A DNA stretch of 64,000 bases from Camelus ferus (Eukaryota), in the NCBI RefSeq assembly GCF_009834535.1, contig NC_045697.1, positions 61,506,001 through 61,570,000 on the forward strand. The letters run 5' to 3'. A program made the translations under genes and the position numbers. This document shows positions 50,951 to 63,434 of the stretch, one piece after another (positions within the stretch are counted from its first letter, which is position 1; each line of letters starts with the position of its first letter). The notes under the pieces are model-generated. The model was not told where the DNA came from. It ran no database searches and saw only the letters and a program-made list of their open reading frames with translations.

Positions 50951-51029
50951 GTGGGGTTTTTTGTTATTTTTTGTTTTTGTTTTTATTGAATTATAGTTGA
51001 TTTACAATATTGTGTTAGTTTCTGGTGTA
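50951..51029 (-). mobile_element. Very short 5'-truncated L1 3' end
   Basis: T-rich tail plus ttattgaattatagttgatttacaatattgtgttagtttctggtgta; degenerate TSD aagattttgtatt / aggattctgtatt. Confidence 0.75.
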
Positions 51030-51486
51030 AGGATTCTGTATTACATTTTAAAGTTAATGTATTAGTCACTTTATTTGGCTTTTAAGGGCAATTTTAAAGA
51101 AGAAAATGTGCCTTTTGTACATGTTGGATTAGTTAGAAATGTTAGTTATGTATAGTTAATTATCACCAGATAAATGGTTGAATTCAATCTCCTATCATAA
51201 CTGTAGTTTACAATTTTGAGAGAACAGTTTACTACAATAAACATTTTAACAAATGTGGTGTCTATAGCAAAAAGCAAAATGTAAACAAAAAAAACCCTAT
51301 TTATTTCACATCTACAAAGCAACATTTTTGAAACCGTTATACAAAATGTTCAATTTAACAGAAAAATAACTTTGTCCTTTTTAGCATACAGTTTGAGATA
51401 GACTCAACTTTATGCTAAGAAGTAGAATAAATAAAGATGACTTACATTTTATAATCACAGCTATGTAAAAATATTTATCTACTTAC

Positions 51487-51526
51487 CAAGATGAAATTAT
51501 CCGCAAAGTTTGGCTTCTGAAAACAC
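51487..51526 (-). CDS. Candidate short exon (40 nt, or 30 nt from the inner acceptor)
   Basis: Consensus donor TTG|gtaagt; acceptors ttaacacag or gtgttttcag; open readings GVFRSQTLRIISS(W) or KPNFADNFIL. Confidence 0.2.
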
Positions 51527-52337
51527 CTGTGTTAACAGATTCCCCTTCTAGTAAGGCTCTCCTTCAATTGTGACTGAGGCCTGGTTTTGCTTCTGCTACA
51601 CCTTCTGCTTAAGGCTGAATTGAAACATTTGCTTTTCCCCCACATATTAGTAATCTTGACAAAATAAATTATTTTCAAAGTATATCAAGTTAAAATTCTT
51701 TATGGAATCATGGGATATACTATACTCAAATTCCATGTGATGTCAGCCACAAATAATTACTTAAGTTTTTAACAGGTAATTGATCTTTACCGATTATTTT
51801 TGATAACACCTACACAGAATAATAAATTATTCAATAAAGTCATGCCTAGTTCACAATTTTAAAAGTCTGCTTTCTACATCATGGCCCAAATATGCAGATT
51901 ATGCAGTTGAGCCAAAATGACTTCAACATATTCATATAAAAGACGAAAGGAAGAGAGGTTCAACACAGCTGTGTTTTACACTCTTTGAAATTATCCACTT
52001 TATCAGGGAAATATTCTAACTTATCCTTACTGTCATAAGATTATTAAGACACAATTCTATACAGACATCAGTCACCAAGGAGTTAACCCAAGCTACTGAA
52101 ATGCAGGCCAAACTGATTCTTATTTACAAAGTCTGAGTAAAAGCCAAAGAAGGCAGTTTTCTTCATAATATGTTTAAGAGTGTGAACATTGTCAAGAGAG
52201 GAATCACGTTGATTGAAATCTCTTTCCATTATATAAAATATTGCATGTGAATATATTATTTTATATTTTTTGCAAATGAAGTATAAGACCATTAGCATGT
52301 ATTTCTTTTAGGAGAAACAGAAGCACATTTCCCTTAC

Positions 52338-52346
52338 CACTGTCAT
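52338..52346 (-). CDS. Candidate 9-nt microexon
   Basis: ctgctctttcaagtccttgacttttacag|ATGACAGTG|gtaagg; frame-preserving length. Confidence 0.15.
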
Positions 52347-52479
52347 CTGTAAAAGTCAAGGACTTGAAAGAGCAGTGGGAATGTATACAAATTCAAATAA
52401 ATAAGGAAAGAGAAACAAGCAGTAAAGTCTTCTGAATAAGAAGACAGCAATTATGTTGTGATTGCAATATCTTTGTTTC

Positions 52480-52720
52480 TTTTAAAAGTATTTATTGAGT
52501 ATTGACCACGGCCTATGCCAGGTCCTTCAAACGCATTATCTGAAATCTTCACCACAAACTAGTAAGGTGGAAATTATTATCTTCATGTTGCTGATGAAGA
52601 AACTGTGCCTCTGAAAGCTTAATTAAGTATCTTGCCAAAAACTCATAGTTGACAGAGACAGATTTCAAGCCTGCCGGATGCCAAAGCCAGTATTAGCTCC
52701 TCTAAGCTACACTTTCTTTA
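52480..52720 (-). mobile_element. MIR SINE
   Basis: tatttattgagt..tatgccaggt..attattatcttcatgttgctgatgaagaaactgtgcct..cttgccaaa..gatttcaagcc. Confidence 0.7.
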
Positions 52721-52746
52721 TACCTACCACTACCATGGATGATGCT

Positions 52747-52791
52747 AATAATAACAATAATAATAATAATAACAACAACAACAACAACAAA
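52747..52791. repeat. (AAT)n(AAC)n compound microsatellite
   Basis: Seen directly. Confidence 0.9.
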
Positions 52792-53199
52792 TAAACTTTA
52801 CTGACCGCTTGCTATATAATACATAGTGCTTAGTTTTTAAATGTATGATTTCAGTAATTCCTAACAATTTAATTGGCCCCTTCTACAATGCCAAACAGAT
52901 CACTGTAGTTTAAAACTCTTCAAAGGCTCTAAATCCTAGAGTAGTCATCTCCAAACATTTTGGTTGCACATCCATCTGCTCCTTAACAATTTTTAAGCAT
53001 ACTCCCAACATGGTATATTTATTTACTTACAAGTTAGATACATATATATGATGCAGCATACTTTAAAATAAAAATTAAAGAATGATATAATGTTATATAG
53101 AAGTTCTAATATATTCCTGCATACTCTGAAGGAATATATTAAGCAAACATCTGCATTCATCACACATAAGAGACCAATATTTTATATGATCAACGCCTG

Positions 53200-53530
53200 A
53201 CTCCTCCACATGGGAGGCCCTCTCTAACATTCCAGCTGAACTGAGTTATTTTAATACACTCAGCAGCTTCACACCTATGTTTATTGCTCACATATCTTCC
53301 TGTGCCAGGAATGACTTTCTCAGCACATGACAAAAGTCCACTCATCTTTCAAGATGAAGCCACTTATAATATTATTGCATTTATACTTGTTTATGTGTCT
53401 ACCTGACCCTGCTTCACTGAGAGCTTTCTGGTGGCCTGAATTTCAACTAAGTCTTGTCTGTGTCTCTAGTATCCAATGCAGTGCTTGGCACATAGAAAGC
53501 AATGACTTGGAAATGAATAAGTGAATAAAA
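53200..53530 (+). mobile_element. L2 3' end
   Basis: cagtgcttggcacatagaaagc..aaatgaataagtgaata. Confidence 0.65.
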
Positions 53531-53852
53531 TGCATCTATTCTGTTTTTCACCATGTATATCCTATGATTTTTCTGTCACACTATATGTTCTTGAAAAATC
53601 AGTAGACTAGAAAAAGAAATAAAAATGGAATCTAAAATTATCTCTACCTCCATTGGCTGGGAATACATAAACACAGCTGATGTGTGATAAACGGAAACAG
53701 GATCACAGAATCAAAGAATTTTACTCCTAGAAGGGACTTTAGACAAGTTAGAGCTGAGGTCAACAAGTCAAAGGAAGATAAAGGAGTTAGACAGACCAAG
53801 AGCAGACACTGCAGCACTGAACAACAGAAGCAATGGAAAAATACTTCGAGGG

Positions 53853-53893
53853 GTGTGTGTATGTGTGTGTGTGCATGTGTGTGTGTGCGTGTG
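53853..53893. repeat. Imperfect (GT)n microsatellite
   Basis: Seen directly. Confidence 0.9.
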
Positions 53894-55474
53894 AAGCAGA
53901 GAGACAGAGAAAATGACTTTCTTAAACTAAAACAGAAAGTTTCATCATGTTACCTGTGGAAATTACAAAACTATACACTACCATCTAATATTATTGGACA
54001 GTATTTGCATATTATATTCTGTTTTTCCCCTTGTATATCAGAAACATTGTAAAGGCTATCTTTTGATTTCCCTCTATCATTTACTAAACTTCTCTCATTA
54101 TTTTTAACACTGCCTTATCGATGTGCTTCTCAGTATCACAATGGTTTCTTGGAATTTTATATGGATATGAAAATAAAGGTCATGTGATTTATGATAGTAC
54201 CTTTTAAAAGGCTGTCTGAAGGAAACATTCTGTGTTTTTAAAATTGACTATAACAACACATTTCTAAGGGGCCTACTTGTGAAGTTATTTGTCCTTCTAC
54301 AAAAAGAATTAAGCAAAAAGTTGTCCAGGACTAGAATCTAGAAAACTGCTTAGAAATAATCTTTTCCTTTGTAATTAAAAAGCAAAATCTGCCCAGCATA
54401 TTTTATCCCTATGAGGATTAAAAAAGTAATTGCATTTCTCATCTATGTACAAGTGAATGTATTCAGTTTAAAGAAACTCTAATTATGGTATTTTGTGAAT
54501 GGTAAAAAATATTACCTTTGTAATTACAATGTGGTATTAAAATTATTTATTATTTATTTATTTATTTATTGGCTCTAAATTTTATTGTAATAAATAATTT
54601 ACGAAGAGTTTTAAGATTTCCATTGATTCCTAGTTTGAATCAATATTTTTAATAGTATATACTAAATACAGGCTTCTTGTTGCGTATATAAAAGTAAGTA
54701 AATAATCAAACAAATAAGGATTCAAAGCAAGTTCACCGAAAATTTTCCACATTAGCTGATTTAAACTGAAGTCCATACAAGTTGAAATTGAATACAATAT
54801 ATTTTTTCCTTTGCTGCTCTTCCTACCACTGAGACAGTGCTACGTTATCATGTAAAACAGAATTCCAGTGAAATTCTTATCTCTGCCTGCAATATAATCC
54901 CCACAGCAGAGTCTAAGGCATGCCAGTATATATAACTTTTGCAAGTTAATTGTTTGTTTTAAACGTCTAAAATTGAAGTACCAGTGAATTTTACAAAACA
55001 CTCACACAAAAATATGTAAACCAAACCCCCATGTAAGCAGCAGCCCACAAAATAAGAAACAGAAGAATGTATTACATGAAATGCACCGTTTGTATTCAAA
55101 GTGAAGGACAGCAGGGCAGAGGAAAGATTTTAGGAATGATATTGATAGACAGGGTCAATAGTTAATCACTAGTCTGTGATATACAAAGCAAAGTCATTCC
55201 ACGTGGTGCGGGTTTGGTTACATTCATAGGAAGAATGCAAATTTAGAGCAGGTAAATGGTCAACAGTCTTAGAAAACTCTTAGCCCAAGAAATAAACTTT
55301 AATTACTCTTCAGTCTTACAAGGTAAGGTGCATCACATAGGCACCAAAGATGTTTCCTCTAGAGCTGGGTTACACCATGCACCACAGGAAGACCCAATTG
55401 TCTCATAGAATGTTTCCCAAGAAAATACCTAAATCATCATATGAATTCATCTCTATTTATTAAGTAACAAAGCA

Positions 55475-55650
55475 ATAATAGTAACTAATGTGCATGTAGC
55501 TGGTACTCTTTCAAGTATTCCCATTAATCTCCACTGTAACCTCATCAAATAGGCACTATTTTCATCTTTATGTTACAGTTGAGTCAATATACATAGAGGT
55601 CATATAAGTTGGCCAAGTTTATAATATTAGCTATTAAAGGAGACAAGCTT
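55475..55650 (-). mobile_element. MIR SINE fragment
   Basis: taggcactattttcatctttatgttacagttgag..agaggtcatataagttggccaag. Confidence 0.6.
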
Positions 55651-56477
55651 TGACTGGTATATGCAGAAAATTTCTTAAAATGAAAAACCAAAACTGGATT
55701 TTAATAATTTATTAAAGTTAGTAGATAAGAGAATATTACAGATTTAGGCCATTCTTAGTCTTGCCCTTTAAAAAAATAAGGGATATAAACACACTTGTCC
55801 TGAATCCCCACACATTCTTAATTGCTATAGTCCCTTTAAGAAGCAGTATTTTAAACACAAAGAGAAAAGACTTAATTGCATTTTGTATATATGATAGACT
55901 TTTATCTAAAATCAGAAACTAATTATATTATATTTAAAATATGTGCATTAAATTTTAAATTATACTAATTTTTTTCTGGAGTGGTTCCCTATGAAACTAA
56001 TCATTTCTATAACAATTAAAAGGATAATTTATCATATACATATCCATGCACATCCATCCTATAGTATGTAAACAGAGCTTTTAATTAATCAAATACAGAC
56101 TCACACATACACACACAACCACATACACATCCTGTTTTTTCATGTTATATTATCAACGAGTCCTAAACTATTAATAGTTAATATAACACGTCTTTAATTT
56201 TGCTGCTATATCAATCAGCCAAGTGCATATATCAAAAACATTTAATTTATTTTTTCTCTCAATTTGTTTACCCCTTTAATTTGAATGACAGCTTCTCTTT
56301 GGCTCCGAAACCCTAGAAAGCTGATGTAAGTGGGATTCAGAGAAAAAAAAAATCATAAAATCACTTCAAAGATACCAACAGACTTCAGAGAGCAAAGTAA
56401 CTTTCTTTTCATATGACTCAAAGTGTATTTCTACCCAGGAGTCACTGAATTTAAGAGAGTTTGCAAAGACTTCTTAC

Positions 56478-56513
56478 CACTCAAAGTTTTATCATGTGAT
56501 GTCTCGTGCTTTC
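56478..56513 (-). CDS. Candidate exon (36 nt, phase 1-1)
   Basis: Acceptor aatgctttctttag, donor GTG|gtaaga; one open frame (G)KHETSHDKTLS. Confidence 0.2.
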
Positions 56514-59500
56514 CTAAAGAAAGCATTGCTAGTACTCTTTACAGATAAATGTGAACACAATGAAGACATTCCAGAAAGACAGAATATTTGGAAGTTTTCT
56601 TTCCTTTCTCCTCTCTAAGCTTCTGCTTATGCCACTATCAAAAAAAAGTCTCTCTAAATTAATGTCAAGGTGACACTAATATAACAAACAACAAATTTGT
56701 GAGCACCTAGTTGGGAGTAAATCTGCAAACTATGCCCCTATCCCCATGTGAAAAAAGTCAAATGAACTACCTCAAATTACCATTTTTACCAACTTCTTTG
56801 TATACATACCTTTAAGACTTTGAAGTATGATATTTTGTTCAAATCTTACCCTTAGCTTCATTGTATGTGTTTTTTTTTGTTCCCTGCCTCTATTTTCTTT
56901 GTTCTTCATCCTTTATTTCTTTATTTGCCTCATATATGCTTTGTTCTTTGTCCCTTCTTTCTTGTGTCTAATTTACATTATCTTGCAATATAATGTCTTT
57001 AGGAACAAAAAGGGAAATAAATAATACATGAATAAACAAAAACAAATCACAACTGAAATAACCAAATGTGAAGCAACGTAAAGAAGTTTCATGCCTTTCC
57101 TGTCAGATTCATTGAAAATTTATTGAGAATCTGGAGGACTGAATCTGTGCAATACTTTTCTATGTAATAGTATATCTCTTGTCTTTTTCTTGGAAATAAG
57201 CATAGTTAAAAAGACAGCTCTCAGAACATCTCAAAAGATGACTAGCACCATAGCAGCATATGTTTTAGCTTGTTTTGAAATATTCATTGAAACTATTCTT
57301 GCATTGGCAATTCTTTGGCCCAGAAATTGGAAAATAATTCAGTAGTGTTTAACTGCGCTCTCATTCAAACCTAAAAGACTAATATATCTAACGTATAATT
57401 ATTAAGAAAAGATTTAAGAAAGCTATTTCTAATCTTTCCTTTTCTACAAGTCTGGTCCATGTAAAAATCAAATGCTCACATTGGTTAAATTCAATCCAAA
57501 AAAATGGTAGCAGGTATTAATTTTTCACCAGGAGAGAAAATTCAAACTAAGTTTCAAATGTAACATGCATGATCTTTGACAATTTTAACCCAAAACTGAC
57601 AGAATATAGCCATGTCCATCTTTGAGGGTATATATTATCTATATTTCTAAAATATATTTCTAAAATATTGTTTAAAATATTTCTAAATATACTTTTAAAT
57701 TAATGTCCAAAAATAGTGTCTGTATTTCTGCTAACTTGACTAAAGGGGAATGAGGAGTAAAGACTGTCCACCATTTGGGTCTGCTAAGGGGCAAGACAGA
57801 GAGTGGTGACATTTTGTTTTATCAGAAACACTGACAGGTCTTTGGATATGAAAATACAGTCCCAAAGAAAAGTTAGGGAAAGTGAGCTAAATAGGGTGAG
57901 GAAAACTAGACTGAAGGGGAGAAACCTAGTTTTAAGCAATCTTGCAAAAGGTAAACTCCTAAAGCTAGAAAAGGGAACAGGGGAAGGCTGCATGGTGAAG
58001 GGCTGTTTTACAACTGTCTACAAGTAGAACACAGCCAGTGAAAAATCCCCGTAGCTAAATGGACGAAAGGATTTTTTAGGATAAGACAATTTACAGAAAT
58101 GCAACATAGAATTCCTTCTGCTGCCCTAAAATCTCAGTAAAACCTACTACATGTAGGAATGATTTGTATGAGTAGCAGATTAAGTATGGGGATAGTTCAG
58201 TGTATTATAAACAGAAGGAAACAGAAATGATAATAAGAGGTCAGCAGAAGGAACTCAGAAACAGAAGGAACCACAAGGCTGTAACCTCCTAGAACCCCAC
58301 AGAAACTTAGAGACAGTCTGCAGAGTATGTGGGATGAGTATTCCTGATTAAATCTCAACCAACTGAATGAATTCAGCTGACATCCAGTTTACAAAAAAAC
58401 TAAAGAATTACCTTCTAAACAGAGGGGATGTAAAGTTTAAAAGAAACACGGAGATGTAGTTTGAAACACCTACATGTTCTTTAAAGTCAGTCTTCCCTGA
58501 AGGGAGAGAGTTAACTAGAAACTGCTTGCTATCCTTTCCCAAACCCAAGCTTCTAACAGAAAATTCAGCTGTTTCCAACTCAAATCAGAAAGGTTTTATT
58601 ACGAATATCATTTGAATCATTTCACAGGTCCCACAGCATTTAAACTTTTCATGCAAGTGGGAAATGTGAGCTCCGAGCACCAGAGTCTGAGTGCCTGATT
58701 TCCAAGGCGATGCAGTGCCTCAGGTTTGAGTGCCTGTTAGTTGTCAGGAACCTGGCTGCTAACATGTCACAGGCAATAAAGTACATATTACATGTTGCCA
58801 CAGAAAACTGATATGGGTCCCCACAAAACATAAAGGTGTCCAAAGCATGCCTTTTGCTGTAGCTGTCATTGCTACTTGACTTTATTAGGATTTCAAAGAA
58901 CCAGGTCAATATTAGAACACTGGACATCAGCCCAGTCATTACATTTTGTTGACAGCTTAGCTGTGCCAGAACTTGAAACTCAGTTCCTCACGTTTAGCAG
59001 ACAGAATAGATTTCTGTTTCCAATAAGCTCTTGACAAAAAGAATCTATGAAGACTGCATGTTTACAGAAGTCTGTGCACTGTGAGGAGAAAAATATGAGA
59101 GTATCTGACAAACTGCAGACCTTCTGAACGTGTTCTACACACTGGATTTCACTGAGCTTCCTGAATAAAGCAAGAATGCAAAGAGGAACGTAAATTTAGG
59201 AACACTGATGAAGAATTATTCTAGGTGCAATGTTAATTCTTAAATAGTGTTTATGTTTCCAGCTTATTAGTTTTCCTTAAGAACTATATAGGCTATCTGC
59301 CAAAGTATGTATTATCAATGAATTTATTTACTTTACTATAGAGAGGTATACTTAAATTTCCATGTTGTAACTATTCACTGACCATATCCCATTGTATGGC
59401 ACTATGAGACCAAATGTGAGGCACCACACAGCTACATATTCCTAAAAGCATTGTTATTTTTTACAACTGAGGATAAATGAATTAGGTGCTAACAAAGTTC

Positions 59501-60192
59501 AGATAGAATGTTGATTTAATGTTGCACCACAAGAATATTTTACTCACTATTCCCTCATTTTATTTGTTCTGCTTAAGCTTTTAACTCCCAGACTTCTGTA
59601 CTTACAGAGATATCTGATGTCTCTAAACACTATCTGGTAGATGTAAAAGGTAACAGAAATGTCTTCCAGATTCTGCTATGTCTGCCTTATGGCAATCAGA
59701 CTCATTTATCCAAGCAAGTTCCACTTAGGACATGGAAGAAAATATGGGTTCCATTTTGAATGACAGTCATCAAAAGCATTGATTCATTCATTTAATTCCT
59801 TTTTGGAGTAAGACAGGATCACACTTGTACTTTAAGAAGCCATTTAAAAATACTTTGTCCATTGACATTCTATCAAACTTCAATGTTTTCTAAGTAAAGA
59901 GCAACATTTAAAGTTATGTTGCTCTCCAAATAGTGCGGGCTTCTTAAAATGTATGTTCATAAATCTAAAATTTTATAAGACTGGGTTAGTTGAAAGAAGT
60001 TCATAGATTTTTAGAAATAGGATATAGACATAGGAAACACAAGAGGATATGAAACATACAGTAACAATTTTAAAATGAGATTCTTCCTCTCTCAGTTTCT
60101 TCTAAAGCCCCCAAAGGCCAAGAACAAAATAACAGGAGGCAATAGTTCAAACTGAATTTGCTAGACTATCAAAGCAAGACTTGAAAAGGAGA

Positions 60193-60586
60193 TATATTGG
60201 TTTGCTTGGGCTGTTATGACAAAGTACCACAGACGGCGTGGCTCAAACAATAAATAGAAACTTATTTTCTCATAATTCTGGAGGCCAGCTTCCAAGATCA
60301 GGGTGTTGGCAGGACTGGTTTCTTCCAAGGCCATTCTCCTTGACTAGTTTATTGCCAGTTTCTCCCTTATCTTCACACGGGCTTCCCTCTACACCCGTCT
60401 GTGTCCAAATTTCCTCCGCATATAAGGACATCAGTCATGCTGGATTAAGGTCCACCATAATGACCTTATTTTACCTCTTTAAAGATGCTACCCTTAAATA
60501 GAGTCACATTCTAAGATATTGGGGTGGGTGGGAGTGTTAGAATTTCAACATATAAATTTGGGAAGGATACAACTCAGCCCATGGAA
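60193..60586 (-). mobile_element. MaLR LTR (MLT1B-like)
   Basis: acaaagtaccacagac..ttctggaggc..caagatcagggtgttggcagg..tgtgtccaaatttcctc..ataaggacatcagtcat..ggatacaactcagccca. Confidence 0.85.
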
Positions 60587-60879
60587 AGAGATAATCAAAA
60601 CCTTGTGACCTGAAGCTGAACAGAATCTCAAGGATATACAATAATTGTGCCAAAAGAAGTTTTTTCCCAGAGAAAATGATTGCGGTTCTGTGGCATTTTC
60701 CCCTACCCATCTTATGCAGGAGGAAAGGTAGATACTTCACCCTCACTCCATGTCAAGTGAAAAGGGCTTTAAAAGAACAGATTATACAGCTTTACATACA
60801 TTTCAGGAAGTTTAGGGGAATATAAAAGACCAGTTTTTGACTTATGCTTGAGAAATTTAATGTGAAAAGATACAGGTAA

Positions 60880-61418
60880 TGTGAAGGTTAATTTTATGTG
60901 TCAACTTGACTGAGCCACAGGATGCCCAGATATTTGGTCAAACATTATTCTAGGTCTATCTGTGAGGGTGTTTTTGGATGAAATTACCATTTGAGTAGGT
61001 AGAATGAGTAGAGCCCTCCCTAGCACGGGTGCCATCGTTCAGTCAGTTGAGGGCCTGAACAGAACAAAATGGCTGATCTTCCTGCGAGTAAGAGAGACCT
61101 CTTCCTGTCTGATGTCTTGAACAAAAGCATTGTTTGTTTGTTTGCTTTTTTCCTGCTTTCAGACTTAAACTAAAACTTTGGCTCTTCATGGGTTTTGAGG
61201 CTGCTGGCTTTCAGACTTGGAAAGTTTACCATCAGCTCTTCTGACTTTCAGGCCTTTGGATTTCAGCTAGAACTAACCCATCAGCTATCCTGAGTCTGCA
61301 GCGTGCTGACTACAGGCCTTGGGGCTTCTCAGCCTCCATATTCATGTGAGGCAAGTCCTTATAATTAATCTATTTTATATATATATATATATATATATAT
61401 GCCATCCGTATCTATATA

Positions 61419-61463
<45 letters not shown>

Positions 61464-61545
61464 ACTTATACATATAATAGATTTATTATAAGAAATATAT
61501 AGACTTCCTGTTGGTCTGTTTCTCTGGAGAACCCTGACTAGTATA
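60880..61545 (+). mobile_element. MLT2B-like (ERVL) solo LTR with internal (TA)n/(TG)n expansion
   Basis: tgtgaaggttaattttatgtgtcaacttgactg start; ctgtttctctggagaaccctgactagtata end; TSD ggtaa/gctaa. Confidence 0.9.
61376..61458. repeat. (TA)12 and (TG)19 microsatellites
   Basis: Seen directly at 61376-61400 and 61421-61458. Confidence 0.95.
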
Positions 61546-63434
61546 GCTAAAACTGTCAAGAGATGATCTTACTGGATCAAACAAGCTGTATGTCCACTGC
61601 TGATAAAGTGAAGGAGAGTATTTCCATGGTCCAGATGTGATCATGTAAGTGGAAGCTGCCTTTAGGGTCACCTTTTCAAAATGACACTGTCAAAGAGACT
61701 CCGCAGCTAAGAGGCACTGGAGGTATACTATTGGAGGGGAAAGCTGAGGGGTGTCATACAGCTCCCAACAGAAAAGAGGCATTGCCTGACACAAGGCAGG
61801 CTGCAGTCTTTGAAATCTCTAAGAAAAGTTACCGAAGTAAAAAAGAGAGAAAGATTTGACTTTGAACTTGAGCATACAAATGCCATATCAAAATTATATT
61901 TGTTAGAGAACAATGAGAAGATAGGTACAGGTGGTCAAAGGTACAGACTTCCTATTAGACATTAGGTTCCACAACAAGCAGTTAGAGCACTGCCTTGGAT
62001 AACCTCTACAATTTTCATTTTTGGTTAAAATTTTTTCTTACTAAGATTCTAAAAACCCAAAATATATCTTATCATTTTTCCTTCCAGTTTTATGTATCAT
62101 CTTTCAGATTCATTGTTACCAATTTTATCTTGCCAGTTTCCTAGACTAATTAGTGAAGAAACAGTGTCAGATTTCTACCTAATCATTTAAGTTTGACAAT
62201 TTGTGCTAAGGACATTTCTGATATAGGTATATATGCAATTCTGAAAATCAGGATAGTTAGTGGTTATGGTCTTTGTTTTATGTGATTGTTCTTGTTGTGT
62301 AGAGATTCGTACAAGAGCATACAAAGAATAGACTTGAATAGGTAACCGAAATTGAACATTTTGCCTACATAATAAAGTGGAAACTCCATAGTATGGCATG
62401 CAAAGCCATGAGCGATTTGAACCTAACCTATCTTCCCATAGTTTATCTCATTCCACTCCTTTCACTGCAGTCACCTCCAGACTACTTGCCTTCTACTTAT
62501 TTTCCTTCCCTATCCATCTGGTAAACTGCTTTACATCCATCAAGATTCTGTGAAAGTCTGCATCCATCAACATTCTCCTTTGTGAAAGCTTCCCAAGTCC
62601 CTCAAAGCTCACAAATGTTTCAACTTATAGCACTTTTTCTAGAGTTCTATTGTGAGATTTAACATGTCATATCACAATTGACAGTGTGTAACTATCTCAC
62701 TGAGGAAACAATTTGGTTGAGGAAGGAAGGGTAAGGGAACAAATAAGTTGGTCATATGCATCCTTTCTTTCCCTACCTCCCGAAACCTAGAGCCATGCTT
62801 GCCTTAGTGATTAGAATACAGAACAATGGAAAATCACCACACCACACGGTATCACATCACAGAATTTTCTCTGGTTGTTTTGTTTAGGACCCTTGCCTTA
62901 GAGTTGATCTCAAATTGGTTAAAGAAAAAACATACAATTTTAAAACTTGTTCCCTAGTTCTTTGCCAGGGGTAAAGACCAAAAGTAGATAGCCCCTTGCA
63001 TAGGAAAATATATTAATGAATATTTGAATGCATGCTTCAGAAGCAGAGGTAGAGACATAATGGTTGTATACAAGAATGTAAAAGTAGTAAGAGATGTGAA
63101 GGACTGGCAAAGCGAGCATAAACATGAGAAATCTGAGTAAAGCAGAGATACAGGAGGAGAGAGTGGTAGTTGTGAGCCAAAAGGAAGGGAACCCAGCCAG
63201 TGTGATGACAATAGACTCATGTTTCAAGAGGAAAGCTAGGATCAGATGACTGGATGAAGTAGACCCAGGAATGCAGGACCCTCGAAATCTACAGAAATGT
63301 TATAGAGGCAATTCTACAATACATGGGATGGATGGAATCTCAAATTATCTTACTTGGATATCTTACTTGGATAAATAAAGGGTGATCCAGAATGCTAGAG
63401 GCTTAGTGCCTTAATATTTTCTCAAAACTGTTGA

